DNA from: Octopus vulgaris | Lineage: Eukaryota | DNA: 64,000 bases | Direction of reading: 5' to 3' | NCBI GenBank assembly: GCA_951406725.2 | Contig: OX597815.1 | Coordinates: 101,618,001 to 101,682,000 of the forward strand | Shown here: positions 13,051-24,990 of the stretch, in pieces | How the letters are laid out: every line of letters begins with the position of its first letter | Position numbering within the stretch: the stretch's first letter is position 1 | Made by a program: the position numbers and the translations under genes | The notes under the pieces: model-generated | Told to the model about the DNA's origin: nothing | Database searches by the model: none | The model's input: only the letters and a program-made list of their open reading frames with translations

Positions 13051-14054
13051 TATACACACACGCACACACACATGTATATATCCTGGACATCTGTCACTGA
13101 GGAACCTATAGCAGGGTGAAATCAGATGACCTGGCAAATCTGCGGCCGTAGCAGACGATTCTCGTTTATCAACGATATACTTTTGAGAATGCTTTTATGC
13201 ACCACAAGTCCTTATGAGAAATTCCCTCAAGGTAAATAACACAATAGCGTGTCTTCTAACACAACTTACCCGTAAGTTGGAGAAGAAGATTACGATTTGG
13301 CGTTAATACTGTTTCCGTCGCTTTTACTTATATATTTGTGGTAAGAAGCTTGCGTCCCGACCACATGGTTCTACGTCCAGTCTTTTTGGGGTATTCATCC
13401 TATTTTATGGGGTAAAAATCTGAGTAGGAAGGTCAGATTCAGGCTTGGAGGATTTTGCCTTGCTCACGCCGAAATTGAAGAAGGGCCAAAACACGAGACA
13501 GCAAAAAAAATATTGCCAACAAATCCTTAGATTGAGTCTATCCCCACCCTGCCAAAAAAAAAGGAAAATGCAATGAACTCTCTCACCCCATGATTCACAA
13601 AGAAAATCAGAATCATTTGCACTGAATTGTGAAAACTGATCACTAATTATTCACAAGAAATATTGAAACAATAATTATGCGTAACATGGACCAGTCAGTA
13701 ATATTGAGATTCGATTTTTGATTGTTCTTCTGTCAAAACAAACACCTTATGTTTTGAAGAATTCACTACAAACAGAAGAACTGCTTGATGCAACATGTTG
13801 GACATTATTCTGAAGATGTCATGGAGGTTTTCCTTGATTGAAAGCTGGTGAGATTTTACAGATAATCATTTTTAACCGCAATACGCCAAAAAGGCAATTT
13901 TGGTCGATATGCCCTGATTTGGTTATTTGAACCCAAACTCCCATAAATAAAGAAAAAACAATTTTGGTTCGAGCTGATAGCCCTTAAAATTGTAGTTCAA
14001 ACGAGCCCTTAACCACTATCAGGTGATTATTTTAACCCGCGATATGAGTTTTTC

Positions 14055-14150
14055 CCTGAATTAGCCAATCGGAGGCACAATGTGCCAAGGTGTTACGTAG
14101 TGGAACTGATTCCGGAATCATGTGATCGGGAAGTAAACCACACAGCTTTG
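14055..14150 (-). mobile_element. tRNA-like head of family B SINE
   Basis: gtgccaaggtgttacgtagtggaactgattccggaatcatgtg matches 63200-63285; a plus-strand head fragment lies at ~13338-13385. Confidence 0.65.
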
Positions 14151-14190
14151 CCTGATATGTTTGTTTGTGAGTGTGTGTAAGTGTAAGTGT

Positions 14191-14240
<50 letters not shown>

Positions 14241-14243
<3 letters not shown>

Positions 14244-14461
14244 CTTTACAACCCACAAGGGGCTAAACACAGAGAGGACAAACAAACGGATTAAGTCGAT
14301 TATATCGACCCCAGTGCGTAACTGGTACTTATTTAATCGGCCCCGAAAGGATGAAAGGTAAAGTCGACCTCGGCAGAATTTGAACTCACAACGTAGCGGC
14401 AGACGAAATACGGCTACGCACTTCGCCCGGCGTGCTAACGTCTCTGCCAGCTCGCCGCCTT
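14241..14461 (-). mobile_element. Well-preserved family A SINE adjoining (TA)n
   Basis: Complete head, core and tail (reverse complement ends gtttagccccttgtgggttgtaaagaaa). Confidence 0.92.
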
Positions 14462-14718
14462 GACTCTAAAACCACATTAAATGTTCATACAGCACCTGTA
14501 TAAACATTTAATGCGGTTTTAGAGTGAGTCAAGTTTATATATAATTTAGGATATCTAAGAGATACCACCACGCTGGAAATAGCAGCCAAAACTTGACTCA
14601 CTCTAAAACCGCATTAAATGTTTATACAGGTGCTGTATGAACATTTAATGTGGTTTTAGAGTCAGGTTTTGGCTGCTATTTCAAGCGTGGTGGTATCTCT
14701 TAGATACCCTAAATTATA
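14461..14718. repeat. Nested inverted-repeat structure: 179-bp fold-back plus an inverted copy of its 76-bp centre
   Basis: 14461-14536 is the exact reverse complement of 14589-14664; 14540-14718 is a near-perfect palindrome. Confidence 0.95.
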
Positions 14719-15270
14719 ATTTTAATAATTATTATTACCTTTGAAGATTTTTATTGCCATGCTGGCCACTTGATAAGATCGATAATTAAATTAACAATCT
14801 TATCCTTATATATATATATATCACTAATTTTAGGTTACATATATGACGATCTGTCGTTAGACAAGGCAAAAAATCAAAGTCGAGTGAGCGCCCTGTTTAT
14901 TCAATTTTTTTTCTATTGAGTCATCGGTTTACACGTTTACCTATATAAACAGAAGCTGATGTCCACCGTCCATCTCGGTTTCTACACAATTTCTGAGTAT
15001 AAAATTGTTGCAGATTTCTCTTCTACGAGTAAAGAATAAATACCAGTATCGTCACAGTCTGACTGGTCGGGATTACAAAAATAAAATCAAAAATACTACA
15101 AAGACCTAAATATTTATCGATCTATTGATTTTTATCATGATTGTCCGTTTTAATATAAGTCTGTGCATGTCTATACCTGTGTTCGAATGTGTAAGTCCGT
15201 ATGCATGTGCGCTTGTGCAAGTGATAACTTTCATATTGGGTTTTGATTTTTGAAGTGTGAATTTGTGTGC

Positions 15271-15274
<4 letters not shown>

Positions 15275-15322
<48 letters not shown>

Positions 15323-15876
15323 GAGTGAGAGAGCAGTTCATGCCATCAAAGTGACACTGGGGTACAATATACGAAGCCCAATATACCCATCATGACTACC
15401 CGTCTGATAACGGTACACCAGGCACATGCATCACAACCATATGTGCGCGACATGGTGATCTCATATCAAGATAAACAGCACATGACCTTGCAGGTGGGGG
15501 CCCAGTTAGAATTTTCTTCAGGTTGAGTAGCCCATCCTGCTCAAACGGTCCCTGAATAAGGGTTGTTTAAGGTTGTTGAAAAAACCACCCATGTTTCCAG
15601 AGGTGAATTATTCAAATCCCAAAGAATCCCTCTCAACACATGGCTATGATGCTCCCCCACTACTTCTGCTCGTGATCAGAGATGCACATATCGTCAGCCA
15701 CTAAGGGACATGCTCAACTGGTTAAGGTCAAACAACTGACAAGCAAATCTGTGGTATTGAGCAGAATATTTGCTGTAGCCCATCTTTTATACCAAGACAA
15801 AACAATGTACGTGATAACACTTCCAATCAGTTAAGATCAGAAGCCATGAGAGATTATAATTATCATTATTATTATA

Positions 15877-15941
<65 letters not shown>
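15275..15941. mobile_element. ~530-bp element (15323-15850) embedded between two (ATT)n arrays
   Basis: Non-repetitive, relatively GC-rich block with long (ATT)n on both sides, consistent with a microsatellite-targeting retroelement. Confidence 0.55.
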
Positions 15942-16073
15942 CGTGCTTTTTTCAAAACAAAATGTCTAGACACTGCTTTGTAAAAATGTCTAGACATTTT
16001 TATAAGTGAGCAAGTATTGTGATTCAGAAATAGCCAATAGATTAGAGTATCAGGAATTATTGAAATATCCATG

Positions 16074-16078
<5 letters not shown>

Positions 16079-16172
<94 letters not shown>

Positions 16173-16213
16173 TGTGGTGTGTGTGTTTATGTATATATAC
16201 ACGTATATATATC

Positions 16214-16288
<75 letters not shown>
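16079..16288. repeat. (TA)n-(TG)n-(TA)n compound microsatellite
   Basis: Directly visible. Confidence 0.97.
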
Positions 16289-16291
<3 letters not shown>

Positions 16292-16488
16292 AGTAGGTGA
16301 ATGAATTATCCTATGTTTATCGTCAGCATGGAAAATTCGTTTAACCGAAACCTGGGTAGCAAATTCACGTCAGAAACACGGTTGAAGCGACCTGTCAAGG
16401 GTAGAAACTGCGGGTTCATGTGTAGTAATTTGTGTGTTGTATATGAATAAATGAAAGAATGGAGTCGAACGAAGATGTTAACAAAATT

Positions 16489-16582
16489 CCTTTACTTTCG
16501 ACACATGTTTCGAAGACAGCATGTCTTCATTCGAAAGGAATAAAGGGTGCATTATGCAATCTTCTCATCAGGAAAGAAAGGG
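16489..16582 (-). ncRNA. Type I hammerhead ribozyme motif (Penelope-like element / retrozyme type)
   Basis: Minus strand reads cccttt-ctttc-CTGATGA-gaaga-[~41 nt]-tcttc-GAAA-catgtg-TC-gaaag-t-aaagg. All core nucleotides are present; stem I ctttc/gaaag extends across a 1-nt bulge; stem II gaaga/tcttc; short stem III with palindromic acatgt; GUC cleavage triplet. Confidence 0.75.
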
Positions 16583-16864
16583 AGCCTCTCTTGACAACAA
16601 GACAAACAAAAATTTCGATGATTGCCTACATGGTAAACAAAGCGATAATGAGTGCTTTTAAAAAAAAACCGTTAGAAGAATTGACGTCAAAAATAGATAG
16701 TAGGAAGAGAAGGGATAAAATAATAATAGGTAGGGAACAGTATGTTTGCTGTATGCTTGTGTTAATGAGTGCGTGTGTTTGTGTGTGTGTATGCGTGTAT
16801 AACTGCATTTGTGTCTGTGTGTGTGATTGTGTGTGTGAGAGAGAGAGACATATATATATATATG

Positions 16865-16921
<57 letters not shown>

Positions 16922-17449
16922 GCACACGCGTATGTGTGTACTATATGCTGTTGTATTTCAGGATGGTCATTCTAACTCATATCCACTGTCCGGAAATCTT
17001 TCTAACATATTTGTGACCTCCTCAGCGACACTTTCCATTTTCATGCATACTCTTGCACTGCTTATTCTATTCTGTTCTTCTATTATGTGTATCCTTATAT
17101 GCACATGTATCTGTGTTTGTGAGTGCATGTGTGTGTATGTGTGATTGTTCTTAGTAGCACTATGACCCTCCCCTCAGCTCCGTCCCCTACCCCGTTGCCG
17201 CTGCTGCTACCGCCCTTCAATCTAAACCTGACTTTAGATTGAAGGCTGCCAAAGACTTTTGTTATCCTTTAGATACCAGAAATGATTTCTGCATCTAGGT
17301 TTTCACCAAAACCATGCTACCCAGGTATTCAAAAGAAGTCACCGTTTTAAGCATCTGAGGTACGTTGCATTGTTCTCCTGGAACAGGTTGGTGCATTGCA
17401 GCAGATTTTTCTTCAAATTAATTGAGACCAAATAAGTCATATAAAGAAG

Positions 17450-18200
17450 CAACGTACTAATTAGATTCGGTAAGCCTTGTTCAGTGCGACTTACTAGGCC
17501 ATAGTCATCAGCATATAAAAGATCACAGTGAGGTATAGATTATGGATTTAAATTTCATTCTTGTCAGATTAACCACATCACCCGAAGAACAGTATCATAT
17601 ATCGATGCCATCTATTGCAATTTCAAATGAATTATAGCGAGCTTATGCTAGGAAAAATCAAAAAGAAAAGATGCGAAGATTCTTTAAAATCAAATTTGAA
17701 ATACCTTAAATAAAATTACTAAAGTCTTGAATCACTTGTGACAGATAGGGTTGTGTGGAGAGCTACGATTTAGTGCAGTGTTAAAGACTTTGAGCTTGAA
17801 AGAGTTAAGTATGATGAAATGAAAGAAAATTTCCTAAAAACGAGATTGATATCTAAAGCGTTTCAAAAATTTCTCATTCCTTTTTTAAATGTCCTTTATG
17901 TACAAAAGAAATCATATCTCACGCTGATATCAGATGTGGATAAGGATACATGTACTATTGGAATTTGTTCATGATGACCACATTCAATCCAATATCTGTC
18001 AAAAAAGCAAAAAGCAAAAATCAAAAAAGCCTGCAGGTCACATTGAAGATTGTTATTGAAGTGGCACCTGGCCATTCATAACAGACAAGCGAAAGATGGA
18101 GCAAATGCCAGAATGAGACGCTGCTGCAATATATGTAATCAATTCTTCAAAACGATTTCAAAGCTCAGAAGTCATTTAAGATCTCATACTAAGAGGTCAA
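17450..18200 (+). pseudogene. Decayed RTE-clade LINE 3' end with terminal C2H2-type motif
   Basis: CNICNQFFKTISKLRSHLRSH (18124-18187) resembles the terminal CxxC...LxSHxRxH motif of RTE ORFs. Upstream degenerate segments fall where RTE LLYG and RWxGHV motifs are expected. Followed by (TACA)n. Confidence 0.5.
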
Positions 18201-19789
18201 GCTCTGCAAGGAGTAGACAACCACCACATACGTACATACATACATATATACATACATACATAAATACATACATACATACATACATACATACATACATACA
18301 TACATACATACATACATACATACATACACAGAAAAATACCTTGTTGACGTTGCTGAAATTCCAATGAAGGAGCCTTGAATCTTGGTTATAAACTGGCTCT
18401 TTCTATATTGGCAAGAAATCATGAAATAAAACTGAATAATGACACACATACATACATACTTACACACACATACACACACACAACACGCACGCATACAGGC
18501 ACATATATATGTGTGTGTATACATGAACAAATACTTCTCAGTAACAACGTAAGTATTTCTCTTGTGCAGAGCAATGAGCATAAAGCTTAACAGAAGTGAA
18601 AAATATGAAGTTTGCTTGTATCTTCAAGAATCTATTGCTTATATCAGTATATTAATGCTATATCCGTAAAACTGATAAAATTTTAAAGTGTTGTGTCAAT
18701 CATCTTACTGGGAAAATATTTTCTTCATAATTGTGATATATTTATTCTTATAATATATAAAATAGCTCGTTTTTCCAAGATTATTTCGAATACTATTTTA
18801 ATGTTAATTTCCGCATTTCAAGTATTCTGAAAAACAAATTGAGCATATTTGAAATCACGATATTTCGACTGCTTCCGTTATATCAGGATTCTCCAACGTG
18901 TTGTATATATGTACATGCATAGAATCACAAGCATAAGTTTGTGTGTGTGTGTGTTTGTGTATGTGTGTGGGAGTATATGCGCGCGCGCACACGTGTGTGT
19001 GCGCGTGTGGTGTGTCTAAGTATATGTATATAGACAACAAGTGCAAAATCTTTATAACGGAAGCACAATCGTGATTTTATATATGTTTAATTTGCTTTCC
19101 AGCATACTCAAGATACGGAAATTAACGTTAGAATGTGTGCTAGTATATTAATTACTCTAATTATTTCATCAAAACGATAAAGACAATACTTTGTGATTAT
19201 AGATAATTATAAATGAATCATACACATGAATGCACACAAACACGCAAACACAGGCACACACACACACACACACACACATACACCCCCCCCACACACACAC
19301 TGTTACAGATCTACTGGTTTACATACTTATATATAGTTATATGTATGTATATGCATATTACAAGCATATATATGTGTAATATATGGTATAATCATAAATA
19401 AGGAAAATTGTAGTAGCTATTTCTCCGCAGACTGAAAAAAGAAATGAACAACCTTAATCGATTTTAGAACCTCAATGACTTCTCGTCAGAGGAGTCTACA
19501 CCATTCCGACAGTCTCAAAGAAACAAGCAGCCAAACTGCTTATATACTCAACAAATGCAGCATTTACTCTATGAAGGACTCCCTAAGTTGCATACCGAAA
19601 GTGTTTAACGCTCTATAAATACCAGCGGCCTGTCAACGGGGATCTTAGTCCATACAAATATGTAACATATGATATAATTCGCCTCGGCATAGTTGAACAA
19701 ATCGACTCCAGTAGTTATTTTTAAAGTTTGATACTTATTTTATCGGTCCCCTTGTGTGGATTCATACCCTTATTAATATTCTCCACAGT

Positions 19790-22400
19790 GCCTCTGTTGA
19801 TACAGAAATTATAAGTCATTGTATCTTCCTTGTTCTGATATCCAAGTTGTAGATTTCTTTAAATGTTCAATCTAGTATTCCAAATGTTGCTAATAGCACT
19901 GGCAATGCCAGAGATTTGTGGAATATGGTTTATTTGATTCAGAGAGCTTCCACTTCTATACTTTTCAAAGTTTGCTAAAGCACTCTTTTACCACTTCAGC
20001 TTTACTCACTTCTACATATACAATATTCTCTTGATTCCGAAGTATTTATAATACTCATCACTGGAGGTAGAGAAATGGTAACAGACATACCATTAGTGAT
20101 CATATACGTTGCTCGGTCGAAAATCTTTCCATGTTTGACTACCAACTATGAACGCTTGTCCTGACCAAGTATGTTATGATCAGTTCTGTCTTTAGGTGCC
20201 CTGAACTATATTCGAACACAGGTTAAGTTATCAACAAGAAAATGAGGATGAAATTACCTTCCTTTAATCACCAGATCATGTCGCGTAGGCTTGGCATTTC
20301 GGCGTTAACAGAGCTGACAAGGGCTTCACTGCCTGGGAGAAAAGTATTGCAGACAAGTTGTTACTATGAAATGCTACAATTGATAGCCTAATTCTGTTAG
20401 TCACTGCAGTAGTTGTGACCATAGTAGCAACTTTAGTTCTTACTGAAAGCACTATGCTGCAGTTATTCTCTTAATGGCATCGATTATCGCAGTTGGGACC
20501 TTGTCATGGGGTAGTGAGTGAGGAAAAGTGTGCCTTAGTTACTTCGACCACTGCAGACAACATTAGGTTGGTAGGATTTCTGATGGTTCTTTCATGTAAT
20601 TATTTACAGATGATGAAGTTTTGTTTGAATTTTATTGTTAGCTGTGCTTTCCGTCCTTCATTCATTTTTACTGTGTGTTCTATATCACTTACGCTCGATT
20701 GTGGCATGGTAGCATGATTCTTTTATTGTCAGTATTATACCATCGGCAGCGGTCCATGTTGTTTAGGGTATTCCCAGGAGAAGAATTTCCTAGTTTCATT
20801 TAATGCTCATTTTTGATGGATGATAAATTTTTTCCTTCTCTGCGAAATTTACTTGTTAACAAAGTTGCTTCACATTTGAATTGCGTATGTAAATCCCTTT
20901 TACTCATCCTTTTTTATTATATAACTAATCAAAGGAACTTCTCTCACCTTTTTATAGAGTTGATAGGCCTCTTAGTGCATTTGGAAGAACTATTGAATTT
21001 TCTCTTGGTAGTTTCGAGACATGCGATAGCTAACCGAAGTCTTCTGTCCAGCCATTGAGTATATAATAGTATTTCCATTTATAAAGCTTCAGTTAATTTT
21101 CACTGCTTGATTACTGCTACGGTCTTCTATACAAAGGTGTTTCTTTGCTTATTGATCACTTAAGAGCTTTGTTTCTGTATCCTGGTTATTCCATCCATAG
21201 ATTAAAAGTCTTTTGTTATTATATATTCAAAGCACATGCCCTCGCGCCATAAAATTGCCTTTCCATTTAGCATCGAAAATCTATTCTCGCCACCATGTGT
21301 CGTTTAGTACATGTTTCCAATAAAATTTTGCAGTTGCTGTAGTACGCTCTTACTTTACTAAGTCTGAGCGATTCTATAAAACGTTTAATTTTAAAATTCA
21401 CTCGCTACTTATTAGCTAATAGCTGTCAAATCACGTTTAATTAGATCGTTAATCCGCTCACTGCAAACTCTCTTTGAAAGAAAGTATATGTCTAGCTTCC
21501 AGTAACCGGATCGTCACCTACAAGTTCAGTATAAATGTTGCAGATTATAAAGTTTACAAAGTCTATGGAGTTAATCAGTTGGAAACTTAGACAGCCTGCA
21601 TTCCATTAATATTCTCCCTTTTTGCAACTTATTTCGCGCTGTAATTTGTTCAAGTGCATTTTGGGTAATTCCGGGAACTCCATTTGAAAGCGGTCAGATA
21701 ATTAGAACTATCTTATGCATCCCACCTTTCCATTTGCCTCACACACGTGATCTCATAGTGCATGTCTGATATAACAACGGTCCTTCACACCCACAGAGCA
21801 TATACATAGTTCCCTATTTTCGAACTGATAGAGATATCGGGTAAATCTCCGTCAAATAACTCCTTACTATCTCAAAAGTTTTTGGTCACATGGGCTAATG
21901 TAGTTCTAGATAGAACGTCTGAATAAAAGAAACAGATTGGTTAAAAATAAAACGCCTTTGTTCAACCGCTTACTCGATCAGAGCCAATTTGAAACTAAAC
22001 TATCTCCATCACAACCACGAATCTGGCCATTATAAGTCGTTAAAGTCGTAGTTAACAAGGATCGCGAGTGCTTATTTTGGCAGTTCTACTCAGAGAAACT
22101 TCAGTAGATGATTCCTTCCATAAACAAATCTTAATAAATCTACAGTCAAGACAAATGAAACGGTTATTTATCTGCCTTTCTGACACTCTCGAACTCCTGA
22201 AAGGTATGTGTAAAAGTCATGATTTCGGTTATATATGAATTCTTCCAAAATCCTTAACTTTTGATAGACCTTTTGTATTACATTAAATATAATCTCTCCT
22301 TCCTTCAATCCCTCTCCCTCTCTCAAAAGTAGGTCTCCATCTATAAAATAAACTACCATCCAAATGTTGAGGCGTATTAAACGATTGACAATTCTCATAA
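19790..22400 (-). mobile_element. Highly degenerate non-LTR retrotransposon relic (R4-like), probably interrupted
   Basis: Minus-strand fragments such as LPVLLATFG near 19.9 kb (cf. IPVVIGALG) and N..F....FY near 21.4 kb; no continuous frame. Confidence 0.3.
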
Positions 22401-22449
22401 TTTTTTGCCTTAAGCTTATGTTACAAACAATTATTTCTTTTAATGTTGA

Positions 22450-22969
22450 TACGAAGTGGTATCAAAAAGTTCAAGGACTGCTGAAGTTTAATAAAAAAAA
22501 TAACTTATTAACCTAAATTTTAGCATCATCACTTTCGAAACGGTCACTTTGCGCAGCAATACACCGGTTTCTACGTTCCTGCAACTTTTGGAGACCGATC
22601 TAGATGCCATCTTCCGTAAACGAGTTGAGGAACTACTGTGATTCGCTCTTAATATCGACAACGGTATTAAAACGGCGACCTTTGAGCTGCATTTTTATCT
22701 TGGGGAAGAGATGAAAGACTGCAGGTGCTAAATTTGGAGAATAGGGCGGATCCGGAAGCGATACCGTGTTGTTTTTGCCATTGTTCCAACTTCCTGTCCA
22801 TGACAAAATCGCAGACTACGGCATACATGTGATCACAAAAAATCAAATTTCACAAATTGTGAAGTAAACATAGTGATGTCACTCGGCACACTCTCACTGC
22901 TTACACATGTGCTGCCATATGTTGGCGTACTACAGAACTAGTCCGGGAAATTTTTGATACCACCTCATA
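22450..22969 (-). mobile_element. Non-autonomous mariner deletion derivative with 30-bp TIRs and TA termini
   Basis: Left end tacgaagtggtatcaaaaagttcaaggact pairs with right end agtccgggaaatttttgataccacctcata. Internal minus-strand translation PPYSPNLAPAVFHLFPKIKMQLKGRRF...RCIAAQSDRFE is a mariner transposase C-terminus. Confidence 0.9.
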
Positions 22970-23399
22970 TTGTCATACTTTGAGTAACAGCACTTATTTC
23001 GTTTTTGCCTGAGGCATACAACCTTATTCCTATTACTGCAAAACTTCCAGGTTCTGCCTTCTACAATGACCAAATATATTCTAGATTGGCTAATTCATCT
23101 ACATTCTCAACATGTGGAATTCCATTTTTATGTTCGAATAATTCTCTTGAAAGGAAGCATTACAACTAATTAGTCTCCCGCAGTAATTTTATAACATTTT
23201 ATACCCTGGGTCTCACAGAAGGCTAGCTTTATTATAAGAAATGTCAGAGAAATAATTGTTTCCAACTTAGACACAAGGCTAGTGAGTTTTTATGGTAGTG
23301 GTTAGTTGATGCTTTTGACTCAAGTTCTAGATAGGTAACTCATGTTATCAATTCCTAAAGAATATATGGCAAGATTGATCGCAACAGGATTTGAACAGT

Positions 23400-24990
23400 A
23401 TTCTCAGCACAAGTCGTATTTTTTAAGGTGTATTGAGTTGTATCGAAGTGTTGATTTTTATGCTGCTTAGCAGCGATTTTACTGGTTGTGCTTTCTCTCT
23501 GTTTCAAGAGAGATAGCGATGGCTAATGAAAAAATGTTCTATTCGGACCTTAGCGGGTCGGAATTGTCCACTTCAGAGGAGGGATTAGTAAAGGCAGTAA
23601 GCAGAATGGACAGATGTCTTAGAAAAGAAAAAGAGCTTCGCTGAAGTAACGGAGTTAAAACACGAATGAAATAGACTTGTTTAGAATGGAAGAACATCAA
23701 AAAATGGCACATAAAGTAGGTGGTGACGTGAAGTTGTTGCCTCCACAGAAAGTTATGGAGGACATGATGAAGAGAACCATTATGTATAAAGTTTATTCAG
23801 TGGAACACAAAAGGGTAGACCAAGTAGAGAAACAACTGAGAAGGCGTTGTGCGCGGTATCTAAGGATATGGTGTTTTTGGCAAGAGGAAGCAAATATGGG
23901 ACGATGGTAGTCCAGTTCATGATGGAAGAAATAGCAAGGAGGCTAGCTGTAAACACAGTGAAGTCGAATAAAATGGTCCTTCAACCCATGTATCTTGGAA
24001 GGAGGACATCCAAGATCAGAGCAGACGGAATCCCGCCAGACAAAGCTGTGGATTGGGTTGCGGCAGCTGTCCTCCTTGGAAGTAAGGAGAAAGTGACAGT
24101 CCTCCAAGCCACGGGAACGGAGGAGGTGATGTGAAAAGGAAAAACATTAGAAATTATTGTTCAGGCTGAAGTATAAGATTTGGAAGATTTGGCGGACACG
24201 GTGACTGTAGGAGACATAATCTTGGGAGTGTGGGTGGAGGGCAGAATCCGTCGCTGTTTTAAATGTGGCCAAAAGAGCCACATTAGAGCACACTGTCCTC
24301 CACTGCCCTCTGCTGAAGCATAGTCTGGAAAAAGTGGATAAAGAGTCGGAGAAGAAGCAAGAAGAGGTACAGATGAAAGAAAGGAAAAAGGAATAACTAT
24401 GGACAGTGGCAGAGGGAAGAAGGAAAAAGAGGAAGAAAGGACAATGTGATGTGGAACCCCAAGCCATCCTCACCCCACCCATAACCTCTCAGACCCGCCC
24501 TCTTCCCACAGAACCAAACCCACCCATTCCCTTCCTTCACAATGTAAAACAAAGAGAGAAACAGACATCACAAGATACACAAAATCCCAACCCCCGTGAA
24601 AAGTTATGTGTGTTAACAGAGGATGTAGACGAGGAAATAATAAATGGGGTAACAAGGTGGAAGACAGCAAAATTTGTGGATGTGGAGGGATATAGAAATG
24701 TTGTGGGTTGGTACGTGTGTGCGCTGGTGCCTCAGAGCCAGAAGGAAGTGATTGCAAAATATATAAAAGGTTATAAGTATTGGAAGACTGATGCGAACTT
24801 GAAATGTAGGATATGAGGAACTGAGAGAAAATTCGGATTGGACGTTTTGAAGGACTCAGGATTCAGAAGGAAGTAAGTGTTGCTGCTTGAGGTGAGGTTT
24901 CAATTTGATGTATCATTCATGTTAACCTAATTTTATTGTTTTCGTGTTATGTATCCCCACATATTTTTGTTTTGTGATTTTTATGTGGGT
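23400..24990 (+). mobile_element. Decayed non-LTR retroelement ORF1 (gag-like CCHC zinc knuckle) followed by a T-rich 3' UTR-like tract
   Basis: VEGRIRRCFKCGQKSHIRAHCP (CX2CX4HX4C at 24255-24296); purine-rich coding-like fragments in ORFs 23677-23910, 23847-24134 and 24406-24816; broken by stops and frameshifts. Confidence 0.7.

Noticed and set aside
13085-13135. Hammerhead-like gtca-CTGAGGA-...-GAAA-tcaga-tgac
   Set aside because: No NUH cleavage triplet in register and stem II does not open with the usual G-C pair; too weak to call.
13626-13640. 15-nt match (attgtgaaaactgat) to the 3' part of bantam miRNA as I recall it
   Set aside because: The seed region is missing and no precursor hairpin is evident.
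18050-18367. C2H2 zinc-finger gene
   Set aside because: Only one finger, no TGEKP linkers, embedded in stop-ridden sequence and running into (TACA)n; better explained as an RTE LINE terminus.
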